64,000 bases of DNA, taken from positions 5,120,001 through 5,184,000 of the forward strand of contig OZ240241.1 of the NCBI GenBank assembly GCA_965198115.1, given 5' to 3'. Within the stretch, counting starts at the first letter, position 1, and every line of letters starts with the position of its first letter. The notes under the pieces are model-generated. The model was not told the DNA's origin, ran no database searches, and worked only from the letters and a program-made list of their open reading frames with translations. The position numbers and the translations under genes were made by a program. The DNA comes from Candidatus Latescibacterota bacterium (GTDB lineage Bacteria > Latescibacterota > UBA2968). This document shows, piece by piece, positions 17,637-28,987 of the stretch.

Positions 17637-19595
17637 ATGGCAACTGCCGAACACATCCAGGATTACCCTGCCGCTCAACCCCAAGTAGAGCGCATCGTCA
17701 CGCTGCGAGCTGTCGTTTGCGGTGTTGTGACGATGGTGGTCAGCACCATCTACATGGACTACTTCGCCAGGAACCTCGTCAAGAGTTACCTGCCCGTTGC
17801 AGTCCTCATTCCGTTCGTCGGATGGGTCGTCCTGAACACGCTCCTCCGCCTGACGGTCCCCAAAGCCGCACTCACCAAACACGAGATTCTCGTTGTTTTC
17901 GCCATGATCTGGGTTTCAGGGAACATGCCCGCCGTTGGCTGGGGCATGCATTCTGTCAGTCTGATTCCTGCGCCCGACTTCTATGCCTCCCCGGAAAACC
18001 GGGTTCGTGATGTCATCATTCCCGTGCTGCCCAAGTACCTATTTCTCGAACCCACGAAAGATCCCAGTATCCATCAGCTTTACACCGGGTTGCCTCGGGG
18101 CGACGAGATGCCGTGGTTCAAATGGTTCCGCCCCCTCTTCTGGTGGCTCGTTGGATGCCTCGGGGCCTTCATGGCCTCCCTTTTTTGCAGCGTGTTGTTT
18201 TTCCGCCAGTGGGACGAGCAGGAACGTCTTGTCTTTCCCATGTCGGCGTTCCCGGTCGACATGCTGGACGAAGACAAGGATGGCATTCCGAACGTCTTCA
18301 AGAATAAAATTTTCTGGTTGGGGTTTACCTGTGTCTTCGGCGTCATCGCCTGGAACATGCTCGGCTACTTCGCGATCAACCTGCCGCGCAACACTTTGTT
18401 CGACAAGGCGGCGCCGATCACCCTCGGCCCGGACTATCCCCCGTTCAATTTCCGAATCCAGCCCCTCCTCATGGGTCTCGCCTACCTCTGCCCGACGGAC
18501 ATTCTGTTCAGCTTCTGGTTCTACAATCTGATCAACACGTTCAAGATCGGCGCCATCAACCGCACCGGCCTCACAGTCGGTCTCGCGGGGCAGCCATCCA
18601 AAGCACCCGAAATCGCGACCCTGGAATCGAGTGGCGCGCTCTTCCTCGTCGTCGGCTGGTCAATTTGGGTCTCGCGTCACCACTTGAAGCACACGCTGAA
18701 CGTAGCCTTCTCCCAACACGGAGAGAAAGACGACGGCGTCCCCGTTTCCTACCGAACCGCCTGGCTCGGACTCGGCGCTTCCGTCCTGATCCTCGCAGGT
18801 TGGTGCGTCTCGACCGGTCTGACGATCGGGGCAACGCTGCTCCAGCTCATCTTCCTCTTTGTTTGCTACTTCGGTATCTCGAAATATGCGGCGACGACCG
18901 GCTTTACTTTCCTCAATCCGGCCGGCGGCAAGGGGCATTCCATCATCCTCGCAATCGGCGGATCGGTCAATTTCACGCCATCTTCACAGGCCATGATGGT
19001 CCTCATCCAGCGCAACATATTTTTGGGTGCCCCCATCAGAACGGCGAGCATCCCCTCCATCCCACATTACTTCAAGATGCTTGGCCCGAATCTCAGGCGC
19101 GTTCCCGCCATCTGGCTCATCTTGCCTGGCGCCCTCATATTCGGGTGGTGGTTGGCCGCCTACGTCCGCATCGACCGATGTTACCGCGTCGGCGGTCTCA
19201 ACGCGGGTTTGGTCCCCTGGGCCGTCAACGCACTCGTCGCCAACCTACCCTATATCGAAGGCACGAAGAACGAAGTCTTCGATCCACAGAAGCAGGGCGT
19301 TTGGCTGTTTGGGGCGGGTGAAGCTGCGCTCCTCACATTGCTCCGCGCGAGATTCTCCTGGTGGCCGCTTCACCCAATCGCGATCGCCTTCCCGGAGCGT
19401 CGCTACGCGTATTGCTTGCTCCTCGTCTGGATAGCGAAGACCGTGGTGCTCAAAGTCGGCGGCGTAGGCCTCTACCGACGGTCCCTCCCCTTCGCCTATG
19501 GCGCCATCTGCGGCTATCTCCTCGGGATCGCAGTCTCCAGCGCGATCGATGCGATCTGGTTCCCGGATGGAGGGCATTTTGTACATGGATGGTAG
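17637..19595 (+). CDS. DUF6785/DUF6784 polytopic membrane protein (putative transporter)
   Basis: Many TM helices; YASPEN, RQWDEQERLVFPM and WWPLHP motifs. RBS AGGAG. Paralog at 58460-60414. Confidence 0.8.
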   Translation: MATAEHIQDYPAAQPQVERIVTLRAVVCGVVTMVVSTIYMDYFARNLVKSYLPVAVLIPFVGWVVLNTLLRLTVPKAALTKHEILVVFAMIWVSGNMPAVGWGMHSVSLIPAPDFYASPENRVRDVIIPVLPKYLFLEPTKDPSIHQLYTGLPRGDEMPWFKWFRPLFWWLVGCLGAFMASLFCSVLFFRQWDEQERLVFPMSAFPVDMLDEDKDGIPNVFKNKIFWLGFTCVFGVIAWNMLGYFAINLPRNTLFDKAAPITLGPDYPPFNFRIQPLLMGLAYLCPTDILFSFWFYNLINTFKIGAINRTGLTVGLAGQPSKAPEIATLESSGALFLVVGWSIWVSRHHLKHTLNVAFSQHGEKDDGVPVSYRTAWLGLGASVLILAGWCVSTGLTIGATLLQLIFLFVCYFGISKYAATTGFTFLNPAGGKGHSIILAIGGSVNFTPSSQAMMVLIQRNIFLGAPIRTASIPSIPHYFKMLGPNLRRVPAIWLILPGALIFGWWLAAYVRIDRCYRVGGLNAGLVPWAVNALVANLPYIEGTKNEVFDPQKQGVWLFGAGEAALLTLLRARFSWWPLHPIAIAFPERRYAYCLLLVWIAKTVVLKVGGVGLYRRSLPFAYGAICGYLLGIAVSSAIDAIWFPDGGHFVHGW

Positions 19596-19756
19596 TATTG
19601 CCCAATGAGTCTGCCCTTCTTGTCCTAAGCTTGTAGGCGATGCAATTCTGAGCGGGCGACACGGAGAGCGGGCGTGGCAAGGGATCTGCAAACGCTGGCG
19701 GGATGAATGCGGCTGATTCTTCGATGTGAATCAGCCGTCTTCATTGTATGGATTGA

Positions 19757-19993
19757 TCAAAAAGACTTGGGATGCTTCCGAGCTCGACGGGACCGGTGGC
19801 GGTCTCGTATGAAGCGGCCTGGTCGAATGGGAAGGGATGTCCACCGAGGGCGGGGAAAGGATCTGGTGCGGCCACCGCGGGGTGATGGCGATTCAGGTCG
19901 TCCGGGTCGCCGTCCCCCACCACCTCCCCGACCGCCCCGTCCGAACAGATAGACGAGCAGAGCGATGAAGTTCATCAGGAGAAGGGACCACAA
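19757..19993 (-). other. Small membrane-anchored Gly/Arg/Pro-rich ORF or gene remnant
   Basis: WSLLLMNFIALLVYLFGR resembles the end of a PLDc-N-type hairpin. The 5' part appears to be missing. Confidence 0.3.
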
Positions 19994-20261
19994 GGTCGAA
20001 TTGAGGAAGTGGGAAAGCAGGTGTCATCTCTTCGGCGGAAATTTCCGCTCTAGGCAGTGAAGTGGTGCGTTCTGGCCAGAAGACGCGATCACGATTACTT
20101 CTCGTGGAATCTCTACTATTTTCGTGCCAAACAGCAGAGACGGCTGATCCATATCCATGAATCAGCCATCTTCTGACCGCAGTGAACGGGGAGGCCCGCG
20201 CATCTTTTCGCCCTCCCCAACCACGACATAGATTCAGATGAGATACATCAGCGGAACCCTC

Positions 20262-20659
20262 TCAGGTTCGATTTTCCTCAGATTCCTCTACCAATCGCAA
20301 CTCCGTGGTGTCAGCCCCCAAGCTCCTTAGGGCTTCCTCCACGTGTTTATGGATAGCATAGTCGGCCTTCTCTTCACCGAGTTGTTTCAAGAGATCATCC
20401 GAACCACCACAGACAAGTAGAACGCCCGAATTTCCTCGAAGCTTGTCTGATACCTGCACAAGGAGGCCGGTCAGAAGGTTGCTGTGCGCTTCGAGCTTTT
20501 GCATGTCCACAACGATTCGGATCATACCACTCTCAAGAATGCCGCGTAAGCGGCGAGGATGAATGCGGCCGCCGAAACCTTCGTCGCGGTACCCTTGAGG
20601 TGAAGCACCACTGCATCTCCACAACGGCTTTCTGAAATTTCCAGATCGGGATGATCCAT
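20262..20659 (-). pseudogene. STAS-domain (anti-anti-sigma-like) protein, frameshifted
   Basis: MDHPDLEISESRCGDAVVLHLKG in one frame; LRGILESGMIRIVVDMQKL...LLVQVSDKLR...HVEEAL in another. Confidence 0.65.
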
Positions 20660-21343
20660 AGAGCGCCTATGGCCTGTCGGATTGATTGTCAAGTCGCAAT
20701 TCGGCTTCCACGAGTGCATTCATCACAGATGGTGTCTCAGCACCTTGTCCCAAGGCGTCAACTGCCCGTCGTACATAGACGAGATCATCTGGATACAAAG
20801 ATAACGCATCAACAATGCTTTCAATGACTTCGACCGTTGCGGCAGGTTTGCCAACCTTGGTGACGACATCCAGCGCCCTGTGCCTGGTTACCCCGTCTCC
20901 ATCTCGAACCAACGGGGCGACCTTCGCAAGCAATTCAGGTCTGTCGGAAACCGTGGCCGAAACAAGCGCCGTAAAAGGATCCGCCATCTCACCTGAGGGA
21001 ATCCAGGCGCCGGCCACGATGGCATCGAAGAGATCATCTGTAACAACGTGGACACCAATCTGAAGAATGGTCGTCATGGCTGTGTCAGCATTGCTGCACG
21101 CAGATCGAAAGGCTTTCCTGGACTTCTCATCCAAGTCGCCCTCTTCCATTCTTGTGTCTAATTCTTGAGGATATCTCAAAACGTAGATCAGACCCTCCGC
21201 CACTTCCTCCGTGACGGCTTCAGTTCCCGTTTCCCGGAGAGCCCTCATTGCAAAGAACCTCAGTTCATCGAAGTCGCCCATCAAAAGGTTCGGTAACTGG
21301 CCGATCGCTCGACGCTTGACGTCCTGATCGTGAGATTTTAAAA

Positions 21344-22763
21344 GGCTCTATCCGGGTTTCTCAACGGTGAAACTATAGAATGACAAGGTCATAGATCGTT
21401 CCCTACGCTTGGTTGTGTGTGTAGGACAATCAAAGCGAAGGGGGTGCGACCTATGACCGGGAGCAGATTACTATCGAAACTGCTGAGATTCAAGGGGTTC
21501 CGTGTTGTCAGCTGGTGGTTTGAGGGGAGAAGCTGCTTCGTCATCGCCGTAAAGCCACATAAGAATGGTTGTTGTTGTCCGGAGTGCGGCCGTCGAGGTA
21601 AAATCGTCCGCACAATGCCCCATCCGCGTCGGTGGCGTGACATTCCGGTGTGCGGGTGGAGGGTCTGGCTTCTCTACCATCCTCGGGAGATTCGGTGTCC
21701 TACCCACGGTCGTGTGGTCGAGGAGATTCCGTGGGCGGAGCGGTTCTCTCGGGTGACGTATCGCTTCGAGTATGCCATGCTGCGCTACTGCCAGACCATG
21801 ACGCAGAAGGCGGCGTCCGAGTTACTGCGCATCTCTGCCTCGACGCTGTCGGATCTCCTTCACCGATCCATCACGCGGCTTCGTGAAGGTCATCGTATCC
21901 GAGGGCTCAAAACCATCGGGATCGACGAGATCTCCTACGCCAAGCGTCACAGGTACGCCACGCTCGTTTACGATCTGGACCGCTCCTGCGTGGTGTGGGT
22001 TGGCCGCGGCAGGGCGCGTAAAACGATCGATCGGTTCTTCACAGAGGCTCTCAGTCCCTACCGGAGATCCAAGATCGAGTGGGCCTGCTGCGACATAAGC
22101 GAAGCTTACATCGGAGCCATCCAGGAACACTGTCCGAATGCCAAGCTGGTCCTCGATCGCTTTCACATCGTCAAGGCTCTCAATGCCGCCGTTGACGAGG
22201 TCCGTAAGGACCAGTGGCGTAAAGCTGCCCCGGATGAGCGCAAAGCCATGAAGGGCCTCCGATGGCTCCTCTACCGGCACTCAGCGACACGCTCCAGAGG
22301 GGATACTCGGACACTCAAAGCACTGGAGAAGGCGAACTACCGAATCTATAGAGCCTGGAGACTCAAGGACGAGTTCGAGCAGTTCTGGGAATACAAAGCG
22401 CCCTGGGCTGCCGAACGCTTCCTGAAATGCTGGACGACGTCCGCACTCAGAAGTCGACTTGAACCCCTGCGAAAGTTCGTCAGGACCCTGCGACAGCACT
22501 TCTTCGGCGTCCTCGCATTCGTGAACACGCGTCTTACCAACGCCATCGCCGAAGGCCTCAACCGAATCGTCCAAATCGTCAAGAACCGAGCCAGCGGATT
22601 CCGCACACTCGACGCATTCAACGATATGATCTTCCTTACCGTCGGAGACATAAACATCCCTGAGCAGATTCCGAAGAGGTTCCGCACACTCTAACCGCGC
22701 CCCCATGCCAGGAACCACGGCACCTTCACCCACTTCATCTCGTTGAGAGATCCGGATATAGCC
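21344..22763 (+). mobile_element. ISL3-family IS, copy 2 (1420 bp)
   Basis: Same terminal IRs as copy 1. Flanks TTTTAAAA (21336-21343) and TTTAAAAA (22764-22771): 8-bp duplication with one mismatch. Confidence 0.97.
21453..22694 (+). CDS. ISL3-family transposase (full length)
   Basis: As copy 1, but retains PWAERFSRVTYRFE. Confidence 0.95.
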   Translation: MTGSRLLSKLLRFKGFRVVSWWFEGRSCFVIAVKPHKNGCCCPECGRRGKIVRTMPHPRRWRDIPVCGWRVWLLYHPREIRCPTHGRVVEEIPWAERFSRVTYRFEYAMLRYCQTMTQKAASELLRISASTLSDLLHRSITRLREGHRIRGLKTIGIDEISYAKRHRYATLVYDLDRSCVVWVGRGRARKTIDRFFTEALSPYRRSKIEWACCDISEAYIGAIQEHCPNAKLVLDRFHIVKALNAAVDEVRKDQWRKAAPDERKAMKGLRWLLYRHSATRSRGDTRTLKALEKANYRIYRAWRLKDEFEQFWEYKAPWAAERFLKCWTTSALRSRLEPLRKFVRTLRQHFFGVLAFVNTRLTNAIAEGLNRIVQIVKNRASGFRTLDAFNDMIFLTVGDINIPEQIPKRFRTL

Positions 22764-24757
22764 TTTAAAAAGGCACTTGAGCAGCAACCATGCTTCCGAA
22801 TCCGCCTCTAACCTCATTCGTACACCAGGGCCCTCCCCCTCTTTCAGATTCCCCGATGCCGGATCTTGTATATCTTCCAGCAAACTGAAGAGCAGTTCGA
22901 CGATCCGACGATCGAGAGCAGCATCTCCGAGGGCAGCAACCAAATTGAGGCCGAGCAATCTCCTCCGTGAGTCGCCCGTCAGCAACTCACCCAGCCCCGC
23001 GAGTACTTCCTGCGTCACAGCTGCCGAGCCCCACTTCTTCAAAACAAACGCAGCAGATGAACTTCGATTGATGTCTTCGTGGGAAAGGAGGTCTGCCAAC
23101 GTATTCAGAGTCGCCAACGACGGATTGGGCCCGGGCAACTCGACGAGTAGAGAGACGGCTCGTCGGCGCACTTCGGTATCCCCGCCTCGCAGCAGGTTTA
23201 CACTTCGTGCCAGAATCTCGTCGCTTATTTCAGCCTGGAAGAGTTCCTTGATCGCTTCCGCGGCCTCCAACGCGACCATATCATCTTCTCCCCGCAAGCA
23301 ATCGAAGAGCACTAGTAGGGAAAGACTGGATACAGCTTGCCCGAACGCCTTCCAAACACCAATGGCTCCTTCCTTTATTTCCAGGCTCGCATCGCTAGCC
23401 AACAGACCGGATAGAACTTCCAGGACCTCGCCTGTAGCTGCACGTTCCCCCCACGCTTTAAGCGTGCGAAGCAAAATCCATGTGATCTCAGATGATTCCG
23501 TAGCTGCCGTGTCGCCGGACGTTCCAACTACCCGACTCTCTTCCCGCATCAGGAAGACTACCGCATCCAGGATCTCCTTGGTAGCCGCGCCGGGCCCGAG
23601 ACTCTCGAGTTGGCCGGCCGCCATGCATCTCAGATCAGAGTCCCCGAGACAGGTCTCAATCCCTTTCAGGATGTCCTGAGTCACGGCATCTTCCCCAAGG
23701 AGGTCGATTTCAAACAGTGCGGAGGCTCTTGCATCGATGTCCTCGCACACCAGAAGATCACTGACACAGGCCAGAACCTCCGGTGTCCGTTGCCCAAACT
23801 TCGCAAGAGCCGAAACTGCCCCGCAACGTACTATCGGCGTCGAATCTTCCAATAGACCCCACAAACCATCCAGCAGATCCTCGTCGTCAGATCGAAACTC
23901 CTTCGCAGCGAAAACCGCCTCACGTCGAACGGCTTCATTCTCGTCCCTAAAGCAAAGCGTCACTAAATTCGAAAGCTCATTCCACCCCGCACCCATCCGC
24001 GCGATCAGCTTCAGTCCAGCCACTCGTGATTCGGTTGACGTCGAAAACAACTCCTGAAGACGCTCTATTACCGATTTCCGATGATCGGGACCCACGGCAC
24101 TCAAGACAGCACCAATCTTATTTCTGACATCGGTGTCCTCAGTATCGAGTAGGGCCACCAGGGCCAGGATGAGTTCGGGGTCTTCGATTCCACCAGCCCA
24201 GTCCTCAAGCAGTTTCAGGGAACCTACTTGGACCGCAGGTCTTGGATCCCTCAGCCACTTCGCTAAATCACTGGCGCTTTCGGCAGAGAGCGATGCCCCC
24301 GATCGTCCAACTGACTCGGCCACGCCGGCCATTTCTACGCCTATCTCGGGCGGCAGATCCGGATCCGCTGAGGAAGGAGTGCGTTCTGGCACTTCAACAC
24401 CGGCCTCCTCTTGCATCATGCGAAGCATTTCGGCCTCGACGTCGTAATCTTCAGCGTCCATCAACCACCTCACAAGTGTTGGGAGTACCAGAGCTAAGCT
24501 GCGACACAAGACCACAGACAATTCAGATGCCGTTGAACGACTGCACCCACAGACCAAACCATCCTCAAGGGTGATAGAGCGCCTGAAGTTTATCTCTACG
24601 TTATGTGGATGATCGGACGCCGTCGGTCAATCGGGAGGGCTCCGAGAGCCGTTCAGGTCCGTTGGTCATTGAGATCCGATCTAAAACGATGAGATAGAGA
24701 CGTGTGCCCACGCTCGGAAGTTTGATAAATACCAGACAGTTACAACTGCATTTCAGA

Positions 24758-25936
24758 TCAACCGTAAACCGGATTGGCAGCAAGGTTGGCCTGATCACAC
24801 GGCCAGGGGCTGTCTGCCATAGATCTAAGATTCGTCTCGATCATCAGCAGTCGATTGCCCACTGTCATTGCCAGACGCCCCTCAGTGGGCAAGAGAACAC
24901 GGCCGCCAAACGCGTCCGTCAGGGATGGGTCCGAGAAGACGACCTCAACATCGCCATCTTCGTAGACCAGAACCAGCCGACCGTTGTGCCAGATAGCCAC
25001 CGTACCTTCAACGTCGACCACTGGATGGGCAGCACCCCTCGGAATCATTGGCCCAGACGTTGTCCCGCCCTGAGGATCCAGCGTTACCAATCGGTAGGGA
25101 TCAGACCTGTTGCTCGATTCGAGGAGTCGAACGTCACCCGAAGGAGAGACGACGGCCTTGCCCGCGCTTTTCCAATGCTCTCGAACCGTACCATCTGGAC
25201 CATACAGCCACGTGTCGAACGCCCCGTAGCCATGTGCACCGATCAGAAATTCCCTCGAGCCGACGATCTGTATCTGGCCCTGGGGATGAGGATCAGTAAC
25301 CCAACGGACGACCCCGTCACTTCGAGCCAGACAGAAGGAGCGTCCTAGGCCTGTCGAATCGCGGCAGCTGGCCAGGAGCAGATCCCCCGACAGCAACAGA
25401 GCGCTGTGGTGGGCACCCAACCAGGACTCCGGCCGCCACGGTTCGACTTCCCGAATCACGCCGCCCTGCGTAAAGTCGATCTTTTTGATGTATCCCGATA
25501 GTATGCCGGCTTCAAGGTTCGAAGACCACACTTCCTGACCGGAAGGCTGCAGGCTAACCACACGGGCATCGGCGGTCTCTGCGATCTCCGCCCTTGCGAC
25601 CATCACGAAGACCGTGTCATCCACCCAAAGGAAACTCTGGATGCGTTCATCGATGTCACAGGTCACTCTAATGTTGTCCAGTCTGCGACCATTTTCGTCG
25701 AAACCAAGAAGGTTCGATCCGACAGATACCCAACATATCCCATTCCCGTCGAGCCTGAGATCGCCCACATCCCGACCGTCGAGACGGACACGATTCACTG
25801 GATGACCCACCAGATCATATATCTCGATGTCAGAGGCGAACGTGAGCACATATGCCCGATTCTCACCGATCACCAGGCACTTGTATGAATCACTAGTTTC
25901 CTGAGACCATAGGAGAGGTCTCTCATCAACAGCCAT
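24758..25936 (-). CDS. Hypothetical beta-propeller (PQQ-like/YVTN-like) protein
   Basis: 392-aa ORF with LQPSGQEVWS, ARSDGVVRW and GPDGTV blade-like motifs. RBS GGAGG. Confidence 0.6.
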   Translation of the reverse strand: MAVDERPLLWSQETSDSYKCLVIGENRAYVLTFASDIEIYDLVGHPVNRVRLDGRDVGDLRLDGNGICWVSVGSNLLGFDENGRRLDNIRVTCDIDERIQSFLWVDDTVFVMVARAEIAETADARVVSLQPSGQEVWSSNLEAGILSGYIKKIDFTQGGVIREVEPWRPESWLGAHHSALLLSGDLLLASCRDSTGLGRSFCLARSDGVVRWVTDPHPQGQIQIVGSREFLIGAHGYGAFDTWLYGPDGTVREHWKSAGKAVVSPSGDVRLLESSNRSDPYRLVTLDPQGGTTSGPMIPRGAAHPVVDVEGTVAIWHNGRLVLVYEDGDVEVVFSDPSLTDAFGGRVLLPTEGRLAMTVGNRLLMIETNLRSMADSPWPCDQANLAANPVYG

Positions 25937-26258
25937 ACATCCTCCAGCTCAAGCCAGGACATCCCCAGATCATATCTCACCTTTGACACCGACGCTTCCT
26001 CCGCTGTCACTTCGCGACTTTCTTCGTTTGACAGGTAACATCCGCGATCGCCACGATCTCCGCATCGGCGGACCGTGTCGAAATGACAAGACGCTTGATC
26101 GAGGACCGGTGCGGAGTCCTGTCCCAATCGCGTCAGAAAAGTTTGGCGGCCGAGCCCGGATTCGGATTCAGCCGCCTGAACGCTTCCTCGTGCTCGGCGG
26201 TTCCTGGCCCCCTCGACTAAGCTCGGGGCAGGCTCCGACCGGTCCCACCGGTATTCAG

Positions 26259-27152
26259 TTACCCGTCTTCGTAGGCCAAGGCGCAGCTTGCTGGTGTCCC
26301 ATCCGCCTCTGCAAACACCTTCCCGAATTCCTCTTTCGATACCGCCTTCGTGGACACACCACGATACTGGAACTGAAGAGCGCGACGACGACCGGCTGTC
26401 CGATTGGGTGGCGTTTGGTGCGGAAGCATCGCCGAAAAATAGATCACGCCCCCCGCCCCCATTTCTACGGGAACCGCCCGATCCTTCTCGATACGGTCGC
26501 CAAGGATCTCGCAGTCAATTGTATGATGGTGTTTCAGCGCGCCGAGCTTGTGCCCTCCTGGAAGCACGTGCATGCATCCGTTCTCGATCGTCGTATCGTC
26601 CAACGCGATCCAGGCCGTCGCGACTTTCTCCAGCGGAAGCCAGTTGAAATAGGCGTTGTCCTGATGCCATGGTTTCTCCGATCCGATGAACGGCGGTTTG
26701 GAGAGCGCCATCTCGGCCTTGAGGATGGCCTCCTCGCGCAGGATCTGCTCGATAAATCCCTTGATCCTCGGATGTTGCGTCAACGCAACAAAAGTCGAGT
26801 GCTCTTGATGGTAGCCGTGCAGTTTCCGAAAGTGCAGTTCCGCCTCTTCGATCGGTATCGACAGAAGATCGACACCCTCCTCGAAGTGGATTCCGAACCC
26901 GGAGTCCGGTCTGCGAATCTGAATGCCGGCGTAATTCTTCGTTGCATTCGGGTTCTTGCGCACGTCCGCTTCGCCCCTATGTGCCATCTCCATGAGCCTA
27001 CACGTGATCTCCGACAGCGCATCTCTTGCAGCCTGCACTTCCGATTCGGACAGCACGTTCTCGAACGCAACGTAACCGAACGCTTCGAAGTTTGCCCGAT
27101 GGGAATCGGCCAGCTGGTCTGGGCAGGATTCAGCAATCACTTCGGATGACAT
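26259..27152 (-). CDS. Phytanoyl-CoA dioxygenase (PhyH) family protein
   Basis: FEAFGY, KPWHQD, WIALDD...NGCMHVLPGGH and HQTPPN...RR motifs. Confidence 0.92.
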   Translation of the reverse strand: MSSEVIAESCPDQLADSHRANFEAFGYVAFENVLSESEVQAARDALSEITCRLMEMAHRGEADVRKNPNATKNYAGIQIRRPDSGFGIHFEEGVDLLSIPIEEAELHFRKLHGYHQEHSTFVALTQHPRIKGFIEQILREEAILKAEMALSKPPFIGSEKPWHQDNAYFNWLPLEKVATAWIALDDTTIENGCMHVLPGGHKLGALKHHHTIDCEILGDRIEKDRAVPVEMGAGGVIYFSAMLPHQTPPNRTAGRRRALQFQYRGVSTKAVSKEEFGKVFAEADGTPASCALAYEDG

Positions 27153-27296
27153 TCTGGTACTCCTGTGAAGACCCACAGTACCTGCAAGCCACGGACGGCA
27201 CGAGCACACCGGACCTCGACCCCTCGTCTACGCTCAGGACAGGCTCCCACGGAGTCTGACGGGTAAAACCGCGTCGAAATACTCGATTCTCGACGC

Positions 27297-28114
27297 TCAG
27301 TTCAAAGGTGCACGTTCGATGCCCAGCAGTTGGCGGCACCAATCACCTCGCTCTCGATTCAGTCGATTTCGGAATTCGCCACGGGGAATACACATATCGT
27401 ATTGCTTCATCCCGAAGTGGACATAGTTGAACAGAAGCATCCGCCGCGCCTTCGTATCCGTATTGTCGAGCGCCGTATGCCAAAGGCGACCGTTCCATAT
27501 CACGGCCGAGCCCGCCTTGCCTGTCATCTTCACGTGGTCAGGCATTTCATCCAGTTTTTCGAGCGTCGGCGGATTCTCTTCCCACCTGTGTGAACCAGGT
27601 ACGACGCTGAACGGGCCGGTCGCCTCATCCACATCATCCAGAAGATAAAAGATCTTGATCTTGAAATGAGGTGTGTGGCAGGCCTGGTTTGATTCCCACC
27701 GCGATCGGTCCTCTGGCGAGAAAGCGCCGACGTCGTGATTCCACTTCTGAGCATCCCGATGCCACTTCGTGTGGGCGTCCGTCTTCGGAATCTTCACGTG
27801 GTATGCGTTGTCGATCATCATCACATCGGGGCCCTGCATCCGCTCGGCGAAACGCGTAGCCACCGGATGTTCGAGGATGTCGACAAACACGTCGTCGTGG
27901 GAAATGATGGGCTCGACCACGTGCGCCGTCGGTCCGTTTCCGTAGTAGCGGATGCGATCCGGATCGTCTTGACCTCGAGCCAGTCTTCGCGCGTAGCCTC
28001 CTCAGCGGAGTCCGCGGCCATTTGGGCTCGCACCAGAACGTCGGTGTCGAGAATGTCCTCGACGAAGAGGTAGCCCTGCTCGTCGAACTGCCTGTAGTGG
28101 TCTTCGGTGATCAT
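27297..28114 (-). pseudogene. PhyH family dioxygenase, frameshifted near 27975
   Basis: MITEDHYRQFDEQGYLFV in one frame; DDPDRIRYYGNGPTAHVVEP...WHRD...VVPGSH...LWHTA in another. Confidence 0.8.
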
Positions 28115-28132
28115 CAAAGGGTCAGGACGGGT

Positions 28133-28987
28133 TCAAGTGCCAATCGTCTCGAACACGGGCGCTGCGAAAACATCTTCGAACTCCCCGCCCGTCTTCATTC
28201 GCTGGTATTCCCATTCGTAGGGAGACTCGACAAGACGTTTGGGGCCGTTTCGAACATCGTGACCCATGTCAGCGACCCTCGGATAATGGCTGTAGATCAT
28301 GATCCGTCTCGGCCGGCCCGACACATTCGGTCGCGAGTTGTGAATCAGCAGCGAGTGGAAGAACATCACCGATCCTGCGGGAGCGAGCACATCGATGCCA
28401 CCCTCCGGGTCGATGTGACCTGGCAGGACCTCGAGTCCGAGATCATTTCGCTCGTGCGGTAAATCCTCGCGATGCGACCCGGGCCAGATGTGGAGGGGGC
28501 CCGTGTCCGGTCTGCAGTCATCGAACACGATGGCGGACGACACGATCGTCTGAGGATAATCCTGGGATTTGTAGTAGGCCCAGTCGCTGTGAATTGGAAA
28601 CCGATCGTCCTCCCTGTCGCCGCACTCGAGACCATCGACATCCGTCGCCAGCGGTTGCTTGTAATTCAGCTTTTCCTCCATTAGGACGGGCTCGTCACGC
28701 ATGATCGAACGGAGCGGGGCAATCAAACGCTCGTCTGAAGAGATCTCCGCCAGGTAGAGCGACAGATCGTTGATCGGCTGGATTTTCCTGACCAGGTAGC
28801 CCGATCCGGACACATCCACAATGTCGAGCCGCCCACTCTTTCTGGCGTTGGCGATCGACGAATTGATGATCAGCTCGAGAACTGCATCGGCTTCGCGCCG
28901 CATCCTTTCCGTTTCGTCTTCGTCGAACGCGCGCTCCCAGATTGCATATCCATCCTTCTCGAATTGATGAACCAGCTGCTCAACCAT
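28133..28987 (-). CDS. PhyH family dioxygenase
   Basis: FEKDGY, KLNYK, IHSDW, WPGSH and HNSRPN...RR motifs. Confidence 0.92.
   Translation of the reverse strand: MVEQLVHQFEKDGYAIWERAFDEDETERMRREADAVLELIINSSIANARKSGRLDIVDVSGSGYLVRKIQPINDLSLYLAEISSDERLIAPLRSIMRDEPVLMEEKLNYKQPLATDVDGLECGDREDDRFPIHSDWAYYKSQDYPQTIVSSAIVFDDCRPDTGPLHIWPGSHREDLPHERNDLGLEVLPGHIDPEGGIDVLAPAGSVMFFHSLLIHNSRPNVSGRPRRIMIYSHYPRVADMGHDVRNGPKRLVESPYEWEYQRMKTGGEFEDVFAAPVFETIGT

Larger units (their letters stand above)
20667..24461 (-). pseudogene. Large HEAT-repeat protein interrupted by ISL3 copy 2
   Basis: Repeats such as DENEAVRREAV, DSTPIVRCGAV and DGVTRHRAL. Removing the IS and one 8-bp duplication rejoins ...LLLKCL(L/F)K-SHDQDVKRRAIGQL... 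in frame with 20667-21284. Confidence 0.88.

Noticed and set aside
22281-24557. 758-aa ORF (and the 269-aa ORF at 60584, 170-aa ORF at 62274) as novel fusion proteins
   Set aside because: The shared tail GYIRISQRDE... is read-through into the antisense strand of ISL3.
24560-24757. Riboswitch or ncRNA in longer intergenic regions (also 7560-7800, 12020-12340)
   Set aside because: No recognisable consensus by eye; an Rfam scan would be needed.
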